This document shows positions 27,928 through 38,400 of a stretch of DNA of 64,000 bases, piece by piece (the stretch's first letter is position 1; every line of letters begins with the position of its first letter). The stretch covers positions 466,444 through 530,443 of the forward strand of contig CP060230.1 of NCBI GenBank assembly GCA_023898605.1. Direction: 5' to 3'. This stretch comes from Candidatus Nomurabacteria bacterium. GTDB lineage: Bacteria > Patescibacteriota > Minisyncoccia > Phycocordibacterales > UBA9973. The notes below the pieces were generated by a model. That model saw only the letters and a program-made list of their open reading frames with translations, did not search any database and was not told where the DNA came from. Both the position numbers and the translations under genes were made by a program.

Positions 27928-28407
27928 ATGGAAAAAATTATAGAACAAACAGCAAAAGAAATAGTAGAAAAAAGTGGACTAAAGCCAGTATCTGAGCAGT
28001 TTATTTATGATGAAGAAAGTAATACATATTGGTATTCTATCGAGGGATCTCTTGGTAATCAAAAGATAAAAGATCAAGAAATATTGAGCTCCCTGAACCA
28101 TCTTCTCAGAAGAATAATAGAAACAAAAATAACAAAAGAAAATACTAGTGGGCAGGAAATAAAAGTTCCTATGGCACTTTTTGACATAAACGGTGCCCAA
28201 AGAAAAAAGATAGAAAATCTAAAAACAATAGCTCATATGATGGCAGAAAGAGCGAGATATTTCAAAAGTAAAATAGCAGTTGATCCTATGTCGCCGTATG
28301 ACAGAAGGATAATACACGAATTTCTTTCTACTAAACCAGACATAAAAACAGAGTCTGACGGCGAGGGTAGATCAAGACATGTTGTAATTTACTACACAGG
28401 AAAGTAG
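27928..28407 (+). CDS. Jag/KhpB-like RNA-binding protein (KH + R3H domains)
   Basis: C-terminal R3H motif (YDRRIIHEFL...GEGRSRHVVIY); located after yidC as in spoIIIJ-jag operons. Confidence 0.7.
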   Translation: MEKIIEQTAKEIVEKSGLKPVSEQFIYDEESNTYWYSIEGSLGNQKIKDQEILSSLNHLLRRIIETKITKENTSGQEIKVPMALFDINGAQRKKIENLKTIAHMMAERARYFKSKIAVDPMSPYDRRIIHEFLSTKPDIKTESDGEGRSRHVVIYYTGK

Positions 28408-28417
28408 TAATATATTT

Positions 28418-29698
28418 CTATATTTTCAGAAGCCAGAGACTCTGGTCTTTTTTATTTATAAACAAAAGATTATTTTCTTCTTCGTTTAGTTTCAAATTAA
28501 CACCATCTATTTGCGAACCAGATGTTTTTGAAAGGTTTTCGTTTAATATGTAAAGTCCTGTGTTTATATCGAACTTCCAAATATTATCACTCCAAGAAAT
28601 TTGCCCTTTATACCAAGCGTCTGGATATATAGGACCCAAAGAAACATTTTGAGGAACAGAACACCATGCGACAGTGCTGTCTTTTGACCACACACATTTT
28701 TCCGGGAGAGTTTTTAGTCCTGTATTTGTTACGGTTCCGTTTTCGTTTACCACAGAAAGCTCTAGTTTGTTGTTGAAATATGTTGATATGAGTGCAAGTT
28801 TTCCGTTTTCACTAACAAGTGATGTTAGACCACTAACTCCACCTATTATTTTTTCCATAATCTTTGTATTCTCGTTTATTTTATATGAATACCCAGAAGC
28901 CAACCCAGAAGCCTTGCTTGTTATAGACACAGTACTTGTCCCAACAGCTAGAACTTGTCCCAACCACTCAGAAAAAGGAGAAGAGAACGATTGTTTTTGA
29001 TTTGTGCCGTCAAAATTACTAGAAATACCAACAGATTCAGTACCTATTTTATATATATAGAAATATTTTGAACCATCTTTTGATATAGAGAAACTAGATA
29101 TATTATCAACCAAAAACTCTCCTTCTAGTGAACCAGCTCCACCCTCTACTTCTGTAATTTTTCCGATATATGTTTTTATGTTTCCATTGTCATCTAGATA
29201 CCTAAGAGCTACATAGTCTTCGTGGCCTATATAAGCCTCATAGACGCGAGGAATTGTTGTTCCTGACACTCTTGTTGTTATGCCAGTAGAAAGGTCTAGA
29301 TCGTAAACGTGGCCCGTTTCTTGTTCTACAAACCTGACGAAATCTTTTGTTTCCAAAATAGTTGTTTCTAGTCCGTTTTCATCGAGTCCTAAAATAGCTT
29401 CTTCTTTTTGATAAAAACCAGCCCCAGCCACAGGTTTCGAATATATTTTTGTTAGATTTTGTATATTTATACTAGATGGTGATTCTTCCCCATTGTCTCC
29501 AGTTGTTGAGTCTGGCAACGTCCCCGTATTTTCTCCATTTTGACCATTTTGAGAGAAAGGAAAAATATTTCTTGTCGTGTCCACAAAAACCTCGTTTGGA
29601 GTTTTGCCCGTTTGCTCGCTTCTTAGTATCAAATACCCAACTCCAGAAAGGATCGCTATAAGTATTATTACAATGATTCTAAAAAATGTTTTATTCAT
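28418..29698 (-). CDS. membrane-anchored extracytoplasmic hypothetical protein (possibly beta-propeller-like); last gene of the VirB4 operon
   Basis: N-terminal TM IIVIILIAILSGVGYLIL; no motifs recognised; 2-bp gap to the upstream gene. Confidence 0.4.
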   Translation of the reverse strand: MNKTFFRIIVIILIAILSGVGYLILRSEQTGKTPNEVFVDTTRNIFPFSQNGQNGENTGTLPDSTTGDNGEESPSSINIQNLTKIYSKPVAGAGFYQKEEAILGLDENGLETTILETKDFVRFVEQETGHVYDLDLSTGITTRVSGTTIPRVYEAYIGHEDYVALRYLDDNGNIKTYIGKITEVEGGAGSLEGEFLVDNISSFSISKDGSKYFYIYKIGTESVGISSNFDGTNQKQSFSSPFSEWLGQVLAVGTSTVSITSKASGLASGYSYKINENTKIMEKIIGGVSGLTSLVSENGKLALISTYFNNKLELSVVNENGTVTNTGLKTLPEKCVWSKDSTVAWCSVPQNVSLGPIYPDAWYKGQISWSDNIWKFDINTGLYILNENLSKTSGSQIDGVNLKLNEEENNLLFINKKDQSLWLLKI

Positions 29699-29699
29699 A

Positions 29700-30686
29700 C
29701 TAAGATACTGGAATTATATGTTTTAAACAGTTCTTATATTTATAAGAGTCCAAAGGTCTGTTTATTGTTGTTGCGTTTCCGATTGACCCAGTTGGGCCAT
29801 GAACATCTGCTATTAACCCAGAACCCGTATATACAACAACGTGTCCACCTTCCGCCAAATCACACTCCTCAGCTTTCCAGCCCAAAAGATCTCCAGGCTG
29901 GAGTGTAATACCATTAACCATGGTACTTGTTATGGAGAATATTTCTGAAGAATAATCTTCGGTAAACATTGTTGCTGTCCTACCATTTCCTGTTGGTATA
30001 GGAGTAAGACCCGCACATTGTCTAACCATGTTTGCATAACTAGAACAATCCAAATATATAGTTCCAGCTGGGCCAGGCTGTGTTCTTTGAGTTTGATCGT
30101 ATGTTACATTTCCATAAAAACTATCTGCTATAGATTTTATATAAGAAGAACCACCGCCTTCCGGGCAATAAATATCTGTCGGTATAGCAATGTCGTCAAA
30201 AGCCAAAGTAAAACTTGCATTATCATCGCCGGCTATTTCAATCTCCACCTTGTTCAAGGAAAGTTTAAAGTCTACGAGGTCTGGATCTAGTGTGTTTAGT
30301 AAGACATACGCACCAAGCAAAACCCCGAGTCCCAATAGTGCGTTTTCTATCATGTTTCGCCCATCACTTTTTTTGGTGACCACCTCACTTCCCATATACT
30401 GGATACCACCTACTACTATCATCACAACAGCTAGCGCCCCAGCAATACCTATTATTATCCCAAGAACCCCATTGAAGTAGCTACCAAAACTAGTGTCCTC
30501 TCCATCGAACCTGGTTTCAAATCCTGGAAGTGGTTGTAAAAAACAATAGCCAGTATCACCGTCTTTACAAATTGTTTCTGCTTGAGTTTCAAATTCAGTC
30601 TGCGCTTTTGTTGATCCACCAAAAAACAAGGAAAAAATAACAAATATAGAACCCAGTGCTATTAATATGTTTCTTTTTGTTTTCAT
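29700..30686 (-). CDS. NlpC/P60-family cell-wall hydrolase fused to an N-terminal signal peptide plus hydrophobic segment (CwlT/PrgK-like T4SS-associated hydrolase)
   Basis: Signal peptide, hydrophobic GVLGIIIGIAGALAVVMIVVGG, C-terminal NlpC/P60 signature (LDCSSYANMV catalytic Cys, PGDLLGW, GHVVVYTG His). Confidence 0.6.
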   Translation of the reverse strand: MKTKRNILIALGSIFVIFSLFFGGSTKAQTEFETQAETICKDGDTGYCFLQPLPGFETRFDGEDTSFGSYFNGVLGIIIGIAGALAVVMIVVGGIQYMGSEVVTKKSDGRNMIENALLGLGVLLGAYVLLNTLDPDLVDFKLSLNKVEIEIAGDDNASFTLAFDDIAIPTDIYCPEGGGSSYIKSIADSFYGNVTYDQTQRTQPGPAGTIYLDCSSYANMVRQCAGLTPIPTGNGRTATMFTEDYSSEIFSITSTMVNGITLQPGDLLGWKAEECDLAEGGHVVVYTGSGLIADVHGPTGSIGNATTINRPLDSYKYKNCLKHIIPVS

Positions 30687-30689
30687 TTT

Positions 30690-31694
30690 CTAAAATTCTA
30701 TATTAAGAATACCACTTATTTTTTGGAAAACAGTGTTTGGGTTTGTAACAGATATCTCTACAGAAGAAGTTCCGCTAACCCCATCTGGTTTTTGTAGTGT
30801 GATTTGATTTCTGGTTCCAGAACTGTTTGCAGAAGAACCATTTATTTTCCAAGAAATATTATTTGAAGACCTAGATATGTTTTTGTAATTTGTGCTTATA
30901 AAATATGGTTCACCAACGATGTTTATTTCATCAGAGGTTAGATTTGTATTTGTTCCAAGGGCTTGATTATATAGAATACCCTTGAGCGGTTCATATTTAT
31001 AGAAAACAACCTCTGAAGAAGACGGTCTTATAGTTAACTCTTTTTGAGATGAAACTGAACCGTCTCTAGATGTTATTGTTACAGAAATCTTATCTTCTTT
31101 GTCTAGAAACGCGTTTTTGTATGTGTAAGAATTTTTTCCATAACCAGAATAATCTTGCATGTTGTTGTAGTTTTGCTTCCAGTTATATACAAGGTCTCCA
31201 GAGTTTATGTTTTGGCCAATAGTGTTTTTGAAGTGTGGTATTGCAACTATTCTAACAATCGCCTCTCTTCCAGGAAGGGCTTTTCCCCTATAAAACGGTG
31301 GTGTGTATGAATCTACCGCTTCCCACAATATGTCTACATCTTGTGGTGTTATAAAGATATTTCTTTCTACTGCTATACCATTTCCAGTTGTTATAACAAC
31401 TTTTATTTCTAGTGTTTGTCCAGCAGCTGGTGCTTTTGTACTAAAGCTTTTTCTTCCATATCCAGACAAGACAGTTTCTCCGCCGACTTGCCAAGAAATA
31501 TTTGCCCGGTTTAGATCAGTAGAAAAGCTAGTTAGATTTATTGTCACACTTTCTCCTGGAGCCGGGTTTTCTGGAACAGAGTCTATACCTATCGTTATTG
31601 TGTCTGCCGGGTTTACTGTTTGTGCAGAAGAAAAACCCCAAAAACCAAAAACAAGCATAAAAATAAAACTTATTTGCCCGAATACTTTCATCAT
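30690..31694 (-). CDS. secreted hypothetical protein (signal peptide) within the VirB4 operon
   Basis: MMKVFGQISFIFMLVFGFWGFSSAQT signal peptide; beta-rich, possibly Ig-like repeats; 3-bp gap to the downstream gene. Confidence 0.4.
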   Translation of the reverse strand: MMKVFGQISFIFMLVFGFWGFSSAQTVNPADTITIGIDSVPENPAPGESVTINLTSFSTDLNRANISWQVGGETVLSGYGRKSFSTKAPAAGQTLEIKVVITTGNGIAVERNIFITPQDVDILWEAVDSYTPPFYRGKALPGREAIVRIVAIPHFKNTIGQNINSGDLVYNWKQNYNNMQDYSGYGKNSYTYKNAFLDKEDKISVTITSRDGSVSSQKELTIRPSSSEVVFYKYEPLKGILYNQALGTNTNLTSDEINIVGEPYFISTNYKNISRSSNNISWKINGSSANSSGTRNQITLQKPDGVSGTSSVEISVTNPNTVFQKISGILNIEF

Positions 31695-31729
31695 ATTTAT
31701 GGCTAAATTATATCACAAAAGGCCTTCTC

Positions 31730-33568
31730 TTAAGCCTTTATTCCAGAGTTTTCCTCGAATTCTTGTTTTGATCTTTTTATTGCTAGAACTTGTGCTGGGT
31801 CAGATGTGATTATTTGTTCTTCTGTATATGAAGCTATGATTTTTATCGCTACGTGTTTTAGTCCGGCAAAGAATATTCCCTCTCCCACTCCAGACTCTAG
31901 TAGTAGATATTTTTCTTCATCTGTAAGATTAAATGTCTTCTGGAGTGATTCTATGGTTGACGGAGACTGTTTCAAAAGTAGTTGTATAGAGGAGTTGGTT
32001 ATTATTGGAACTCCATATGGGGACCGCATAAAGTCGTCCACGTCTTGGGTTATAGTTGCAAGACCAAGCCAGTATTTTCTACATCTTTTTGCAATTCCAT
32101 AAAGGAAAGAAGCTGTATCTTCCGATTTCATCATCCACCACGCCTCGTCGACAACAAGAATTCTTTTTCTCTTCTCTCTTCTTATTGCGTTCCATATAAA
32201 GTGAGTAACTATATACATTGCGACCGGCTTAAGCTCGTCTTCCATGTCTCGAACAGAGAAAACAATAAACTTTTTGTTTATATCTATGTTGGTTGGTTGG
32301 TTTATAAAAGTTGACCAACTACCACGTGTGAATTTCTGAAGCTTCTGGAGTATAGAGTCTGTGTTTTCCATACCAGAAAGAACCATTTCAAAATCTGACA
32401 AAAGAGGTGCCTCAATTTTAGAAAAATCAGAATCTCCGTTTATATCTTTTATGGCGTATGTTTCTGTTATTGCCTTGTCTACAATCGCGTCTTCTTCTGG
32501 AGTTAGACCACCAAGCATGATTCTAAAAAGCCCAACAAGGTTTATAACGTTTGATCTCAGCACATCTGCGCCAGACTCATCTTCTGTCGGAAGTGGCAAA
32601 TCAAACGGGTTTATATGGTGATCTGAAGAAAGTGATATGTTGAAATATCTTCCACCAACAGCCTCTGCAAGATACTCATACTCTTTTTCTGGGTCTAGAA
32701 CCATAACTTCTATATCAAACATAAGAGAACGTAGTATTTCTAGTTTTGTCGCAAAGCTTTTTCCTGCACCGGCCTTTGCAAAAATAACAGAGTTATAGTT
32801 TTCCATAGAGAATCTATCGAACACCACCATGCTGGCATTGTGCCTATTGATTCCGAAAAGTATTCCTTTGTCAGAAGTTAGATCAAAAGAAACAAAAGGA
32901 AAAAGAGAAGAAAGCGGCGCAGAGTTTAGTTTCTGATGAACAGAAAGTAGGTCGTCCCCTATTGGAATAGTGCTTTTGAAGCCTTCTGATTGTTGGAAAA
33001 GAGCAGGTTTTAGATAAACAAGCTTTGCGTCTAGTATAGACTTGATTTCATTCTCTGTTTTGTATAGTTCTGACTCATTTTCTGCGTATATTGTTATATA
33101 AAGACCTACATCAAAAAGCTTTTCTTGTGCTTGTTGCAAATTGTCACGAAGCTCTTCTAGATCTCTGTACGCAGTGTCTAGCACAGGGTCTCTCACAAGC
33201 CCCTTCTGCTCTCTTATAGATATCTGGCTTGCAACTTCGGCAACTTTTTTCTGGAAGTGCTTTAGAACAGAAGATGTGTCTACGGGGTGTATAAAAATAG
33301 ATACATCAAATATCTTGTCGAGGTTTATTATGGGCGTGAACCAGTTGTCAGAAAGATATCTCGGATAAGAAATAACAAAAAATGTCTTTGCTATCTTGTC
33401 TCCCAAGTTCAAACTCTTTGAAGAAATTTCTAGTGCAGAAGGTGCTATATAGTCTTGCAATTCCAAAGTTGCAGCTTCGTAGATTTCTTTTGGCAAAATA
33501 GGAGAAAGAGAAACATCTGGCTCTTGTTTCGCGCTTTTTTTATTCAAGATAGAGTCTAGTAATCCCAT
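31730..33568 (-). CDS. VirB4/TrbE/CagE-family type IV secretion ATPase (Gram-positive ConE/PrgJ/TcpF-like)
   Basis: N-terminal ...FFVISYPRYLSDNWF...DVSIFIHPVD domain, Walker A AKAGAGKS, Walker B RILVVDEAWWMM, C-terminal GLATITQ motif; 612 aa. Confidence 0.8.
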   Translation of the reverse strand: MGLLDSILNKKSAKQEPDVSLSPILPKEIYEAATLELQDYIAPSALEISSKSLNLGDKIAKTFFVISYPRYLSDNWFTPIINLDKIFDVSIFIHPVDTSSVLKHFQKKVAEVASQISIREQKGLVRDPVLDTAYRDLEELRDNLQQAQEKLFDVGLYITIYAENESELYKTENEIKSILDAKLVYLKPALFQQSEGFKSTIPIGDDLLSVHQKLNSAPLSSLFPFVSFDLTSDKGILFGINRHNASMVVFDRFSMENYNSVIFAKAGAGKSFATKLEILRSLMFDIEVMVLDPEKEYEYLAEAVGGRYFNISLSSDHHINPFDLPLPTEDESGADVLRSNVINLVGLFRIMLGGLTPEEDAIVDKAITETYAIKDINGDSDFSKIEAPLLSDFEMVLSGMENTDSILQKLQKFTRGSWSTFINQPTNIDINKKFIVFSVRDMEDELKPVAMYIVTHFIWNAIRREKRKRILVVDEAWWMMKSEDTASFLYGIAKRCRKYWLGLATITQDVDDFMRSPYGVPIITNSSIQLLLKQSPSTIESLQKTFNLTDEEKYLLLESGVGEGIFFAGLKHVAIKIIASYTEEQIITSDPAQVLAIKRSKQEFEENSGIKA

Positions 33569-33641
33569 AATTTTTTTATCTTCATATATTATAACCCATT
33601 TTTATTTTAATATAATTAAAATAGGTTATAATTATCTACAT

Positions 33642-34298
33642 ATGGCACAAATCGGGGCACCAACACAACAATTTGTCCCAATAAAAGAAATACGAGACGG
33701 TGTGGTTGTTTTGAAAGACGGCTCTCTTAGGGCGGTTCTTCTTGCTTCTTCTGTAAACCTTTCTTTGAAGTCTTATGATGAAGAGCAGGCTATAATAGGG
33801 CAATTTCAAGCTTTTTTGAACTCGCTAGACTTTTCTCTTCAGATAATAGTGCAATCTAGAAGATATGACGTAAGACCATATCTTTTATCTCTAGAAGAAA
33901 GGATGAGAGAACAGACAGAACCTCTACTCAAGGTTCAAACCAAAGAGTATATAGAATTTATACGTTCTTTTACAGAGCAAAATGCGATAATGAAGAAATA
34001 TTTCTACCTAGTTGTCCCTTATAACTCTGTTGTTTTAAATACAAAAGGTGCCGCCGGAAAACTAGAACAGTTTCTACCTTCTAGTCTCAAGGGCTCTGCT
34101 CCCAAAAAAGAAGGCGCTACTGAGTTTGAAGAAATGAAGTCTCAACTTGAACAAAGACTCACCGTTGTAGAAGAAGGAATGGCAAGAGTTGGTATAAGAT
34201 CTGCTAGGCTTGGAACAGAAGAGTTGATAGAAGTTTTCTACAAATGGTTCAATCCAGGAGATTCTGCACAAAGTGGTGTGGCAGATAATTTGGCATAA
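33642..34298 (+). CDS. hypothetical soluble protein divergent from the VirB4 gene; weak resemblance to VirB4 N-terminal-domain-like sequences
   Basis: 218 aa, no TM; DGSLRAVLL...FLNSLDFSLQIIVQS pattern; 2-bp gap to the following small membrane protein. Confidence 0.3.
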   Translation: MAQIGAPTQQFVPIKEIRDGVVVLKDGSLRAVLLASSVNLSLKSYDEEQAIIGQFQAFLNSLDFSLQIIVQSRRYDVRPYLLSLEERMREQTEPLLKVQTKEYIEFIRSFTEQNAIMKKYFYLVVPYNSVVLNTKGAAGKLEQFLPSSLKGSAPKKEGATEFEEMKSQLEQRLTVVEEGMARVGIRSARLGTEELIEVFYKWFNPGDSAQSGVADNLA

Positions 34299-34300
34299 TT

Positions 34301-34723
34301 ATGAATTTCAAAGTTCCACAATTTATAGAAGTTGAAGATAAGGTTTTTGGACCACTTACATTCAAGCAGTTTATATATCTTGCGGGTGGTGCAGGTCTCT
34401 GCTTTATATTGTGGAGACTCCTACCCCACTTTCTAGCTATTATATTTATAGCACCTGTTGCTGGTTTTGCTGCGGCGTTAACTTTCCTCAAAATAAATCA
34501 AAAGCCTTTTATCCAAATAGTTGAAGCGTTTTTGAATTATCAAATCGCATCTAAATTATATGTCTGGAAAAAAGAACCTAAAAAGATAAAGCCTAAAAAA
34601 GAAGAAGACATAATACCAAACACAGGATACCTCCCAAAAATGTCCGAGAGTAAGCTCAAAGACCTTGCTTGGAGCTTGGATGTTCTCGATTCCTCTACAC
34701 AAAACAAAGAATTAAAACAATAA
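34301..34723 (+). CDS. small 2-TM membrane protein, VirB3/PrgI-like candidate
   Basis: 140 aa, hairpin of two TM helices (FIYLAGGAGLCFILWRLL / LAIIFIAPVAGFAAALTFL) with a charged C-tail; location within the T4SS-like module. Confidence 0.35.
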   Translation: MNFKVPQFIEVEDKVFGPLTFKQFIYLAGGAGLCFILWRLLPHFLAIIFIAPVAGFAAALTFLKINQKPFIQIVEAFLNYQIASKLYVWKKEPKKIKPKKEEDIIPNTGYLPKMSESKLKDLAWSLDVLDSSTQNKELKQ

Positions 34724-34747
34724 AAATCCCGCTGAGTGCGGGATTTT

Positions 34748-35437
34748 TTATACTTCTTCTCTGTATGGATCCAAACCATGATATGAGCCGGTTTTTGGAG
34801 GCTTGATCTCTTTTCCGATACTTGGTAGAGATCTGTCGCTAACTTCTGTTCTCATGGTTGTCGGTGCAGAAAGTTTTTCTTTCAAAAAGCTTGGTTTTTC
34901 TTGTCCTCTGTCTGGTTCACCAGTAGGAAGTTTTATTTTAAGGTCGTCCTCTATCGATACTTCGTTTGGCTTCTCGTCTTCTGTTTTTTTAGTTTCTACT
35001 ACAGGACTACTTACTATCTCTGGTTCTTTTTTCTCGTATATCTCAACCCCTGATTTTTCTAAAACATTTTTTTCTTCTGGAGATATTTCTTCTTTGTCTT
35101 CTACCTCGTTCATGATTTCTGTTAGTTCTATCTCTCGCTCTCTTATAGGGTTAAATATGTTTGAGTTTAGGTTTTCTATGACAGACAAAACTTTGTCTTT
35201 TGGGATACCGTTTATGGCGTTTATTTCTACACGAAGTTCATCTGTTGATAGTAGTCCTACTGTTGCAAGATCCACCACGTCGAAAAGATCTTTTCCGGTA
35301 TCTAAGTGTAGCCCCTCTTTTTCTACAAGATCTTTTATTCTTTCTGGAACGTTTACATCCAAAACAGCCTCTTTTGTTGTAACGGGCAAGTTTTCAAATG
35401 CTTCTATTATTTGGTCTGGAGTGAATTTTTTGATCAT
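34748..35437 (-). CDS. hypothetical acidic soluble protein (last gene of the VirB6 operon)
   Basis: 229 aa, E/D/K-rich, no TM; 17-bp gap after the VirB6-like gene. Confidence 0.35.
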   Translation of the reverse strand: MIKKFTPDQIIEAFENLPVTTKEAVLDVNVPERIKDLVEKEGLHLDTGKDLFDVVDLATVGLLSTDELRVEINAINGIPKDKVLSVIENLNSNIFNPIREREIELTEIMNEVEDKEEISPEEKNVLEKSGVEIYEKKEPEIVSSPVVETKKTEDEKPNEVSIEDDLKIKLPTGEPDRGQEKPSFLKEKLSAPTTMRTEVSDRSLPSIGKEIKPPKTGSYHGLDPYREEV

Positions 35438-35454
35438 ATATTATAAATTATACA

Positions 35455-38400
35455 TTATTTTTTAGTCTCCCCACTAGATGGATTGGAACCACCACCCTCT
35501 TCTCGGTTTAATTTAGTGTCAACTTCTGCCAAGTCATTCTTATTTTTTTCGTAATCTTCTATTGTCTTGGCCTCTACTTCATGTTCTCCAATTTCTCTAT
35601 AAAGATCTCTTATTTCTCCATTAATTCTATCTTTTTCTGCGGTATCATTTGTCGCGTTGTGTTTTGCCCTAAGTAATTTAACCATATCTCTCTTTAGATC
35701 CATGTCGGCTTTTTTGTTTTGCTTTTCTACATTTAATATATAACTTCTTTTTTCTGCTTCATTTAATTCTCTACCTTTTCTTTCACCCTCTAATCTTACT
35801 AGTTCTGCCATCTTTTCACCTTCTTTCGTTGTTACGTCAAGAAGTTTTTTCAATGTTTCTTCTACTTTTCCTACTTTTTCTTGTAGTCTGTCGCGTTTTT
35901 CTTTCAACTTGTCTTTAGCACCCTTGGAACTCTCTTTCTTATCATATTTTTCTCCCACAGCCTTTGCTGCAGCAACTTCCGCCCTTCTGTCTAGACTTTG
36001 ACCACCAACTCCTTGAGGGTTTCTTAGTAACATATTTCCTGTTTTCTTCCAACCATCAGTACTCTTTCTTCTGTCTAGGTATTGATTTCGTAGGTCTTTG
36101 TTTAGATCATCTACATTGTCTTTTACAGAAACAGTTTTACCTCTTTGTTTTTCAAATTTTTCAACAGCATCTTTTTCTTCAAAATTAATTCTTTTGGCTA
36201 ATGACGCAAGTGCTAATGGATCACGGACTGTTTTTGTGTCTATATTTTGCCCTTTTTCTCTCGCAAGTTTTATTATTTGATCTTCTATAAATCTCTGCTT
36301 ATCTTTATTGTATTTTTCCAACTTCTTTTCTTGATAAAGAACACCTCTCTTCTTCTTGTTTCCATCTTTATCCGTTAGTTCTTCCTCGAACCAGTCTTTG
36401 CTCATCTTCCTAGACTCTATATGAGACTCCATTTCTTTGATCTTTGCTTTCTTCTTTCTCTTTTCAATTGCAGCTAGGCCACCCTTGCCGGCGTTTGAAC
36501 CGAAACCTATTCCCTTTTGATCGAAGTTTACACCAGCGCCAAGATTTTTACCTAGACTAGACTGCAATTTACCGCCGAGTCCAGTTTGTCTCAGGTCAAA
36601 ACTAGATTCTTTTGCAGCTTTACCAGTTTTTGTAATACCTGTACCGATTTGACGAGTGAAGAAGTTCTTGCTGTTTGCCCACTTCTTGGCAGTTTCACTT
36701 TCTCCTGCAGTTGCAGCAATTCTACCAGCAGTTGCCCGCAAACCAAATGCGGTTGCTCCAAGAGCTACACCACCAGCAACACCAAGAGCTGTTCCGACAA
36801 GTTTTGTTCCAGTTTCTACCACCTGTTTTCCAAATTTTCCTGACATATCTATGGTTATATCCCGAGCTTGTTTTAGAAGTGCTATCACAATCAAGAACTG
36901 GAGTGCTATCGAAAGCATAAGTTCGTAGAAGTTAAGATTTTCTGATTTTACTAGTCCCCCTATAAAGTCACTGTTTATGAAAAGTATTATTAGATACAAG
37001 AAGAACAAAAATAGTGGCGCCAAAAACGTTAACCTTACAAGACTATAAGACCACTTTTTCATACCAAACTCTCCACTTGCAATAGATCCTTGGTCCAGAG
37101 CTTTGCTTAGAAAGGCAAACGGAGAAGCAATCATCATGACCCAGAGACCAACAATTCTACCCAAGAAAACCATCGCAACTTTTATGAAAATAAATATAAG
37201 TGTGATATTTAGTATTATTCCAAAAATTATAATTATTGCGGGAACAGCCCAAGTAGAAGCTCCTCCAAAATCCCCCTGCCTCAAAGCAGAAACCGTTTCT
37301 CTTGAAAATATTGTTTGAATTTTTGTTCCCTGTACAACACCGGCAGAAAGAGACTTTGTCTGACCTATACTGTCAGTAGAAGTTACGGTATTTATGGGAT
37401 CGCCGGTAATTGATATTTGGTTATAGAATATTTTTGCGAGAACATTACCCGCATCTATTACTACTTGTGTGAAGAATAAACTGAAGTTTATAAGTAGTCC
37501 AAATATTATTACATTTACTATTACTTTTCTGACATTTGTTCTTCCCCCCAGTATTGTAGATATTCCAGCCCAAACCAGAGTGAGTATAAAACCTATGTTT
37601 GCAAAGTTTTTTATTATTCTCCATCCTTCCTGTACAAAGCTCGGGTCTTTGTATATATAACTTGATATTGAGAAAGATAGAAACGCATCAAAAAATGATC
37701 CAACAACATAAAGAAGTGTTGCTGACGGCATATATACAACATAATAAAGGGTTATTATGATACAAGATTGAAAATTACTTTCCTTTCCACCAAGAGCCGC
37801 CGTTCCAAAACCACAGTCTAGTCCAGAAAGTATTATGTTTCTATCGTTTTGTTCAAAAGAGGATGTTTCATATATATAACTGTCTTCAGAGAGCGGCGCA
37901 GCTTCTCCGGCCGGAGTCACAAATGTTTTAAGTGGACCAAAACCAACTCTTTGGTCTGTTCCAGAAAGACCAGCGTCTTCTACTATAACAAGCTGCGCAT
38001 AATATGGTTTTCCTGGTTCTAAGTTTGGAACTGTAAATACAAAACTATTTATATTTGTTATTTCTGTTGCATCTATGGCGCCGACGGTTAACTGTGAAAA
38101 CGTAGGAGAAATGGGTATTACTCTTTGATTTTTCGACGCCTCGTAAGTATCTTCAGTTGGAATATTTGCTATTTCAAAGTTTTTATAATTATCCCAACCA
38201 GCTTCTCCCATTTCTGACAAAAGAACAAATTCTGGCGTTGTTTCAAAATTAATTTCTCCACCTCCCGCAAAACCTAATTCTCCTAGTGTTCCTCCTGTCC
38301 ACGGACAATCATCCAGTTCTTCTGAGTTTTCAAAAAAACAATCAATAGTTTGAATCGTAGTTGGTATATATCCATCTCCGGTACCAGGAGCACTATTTAC

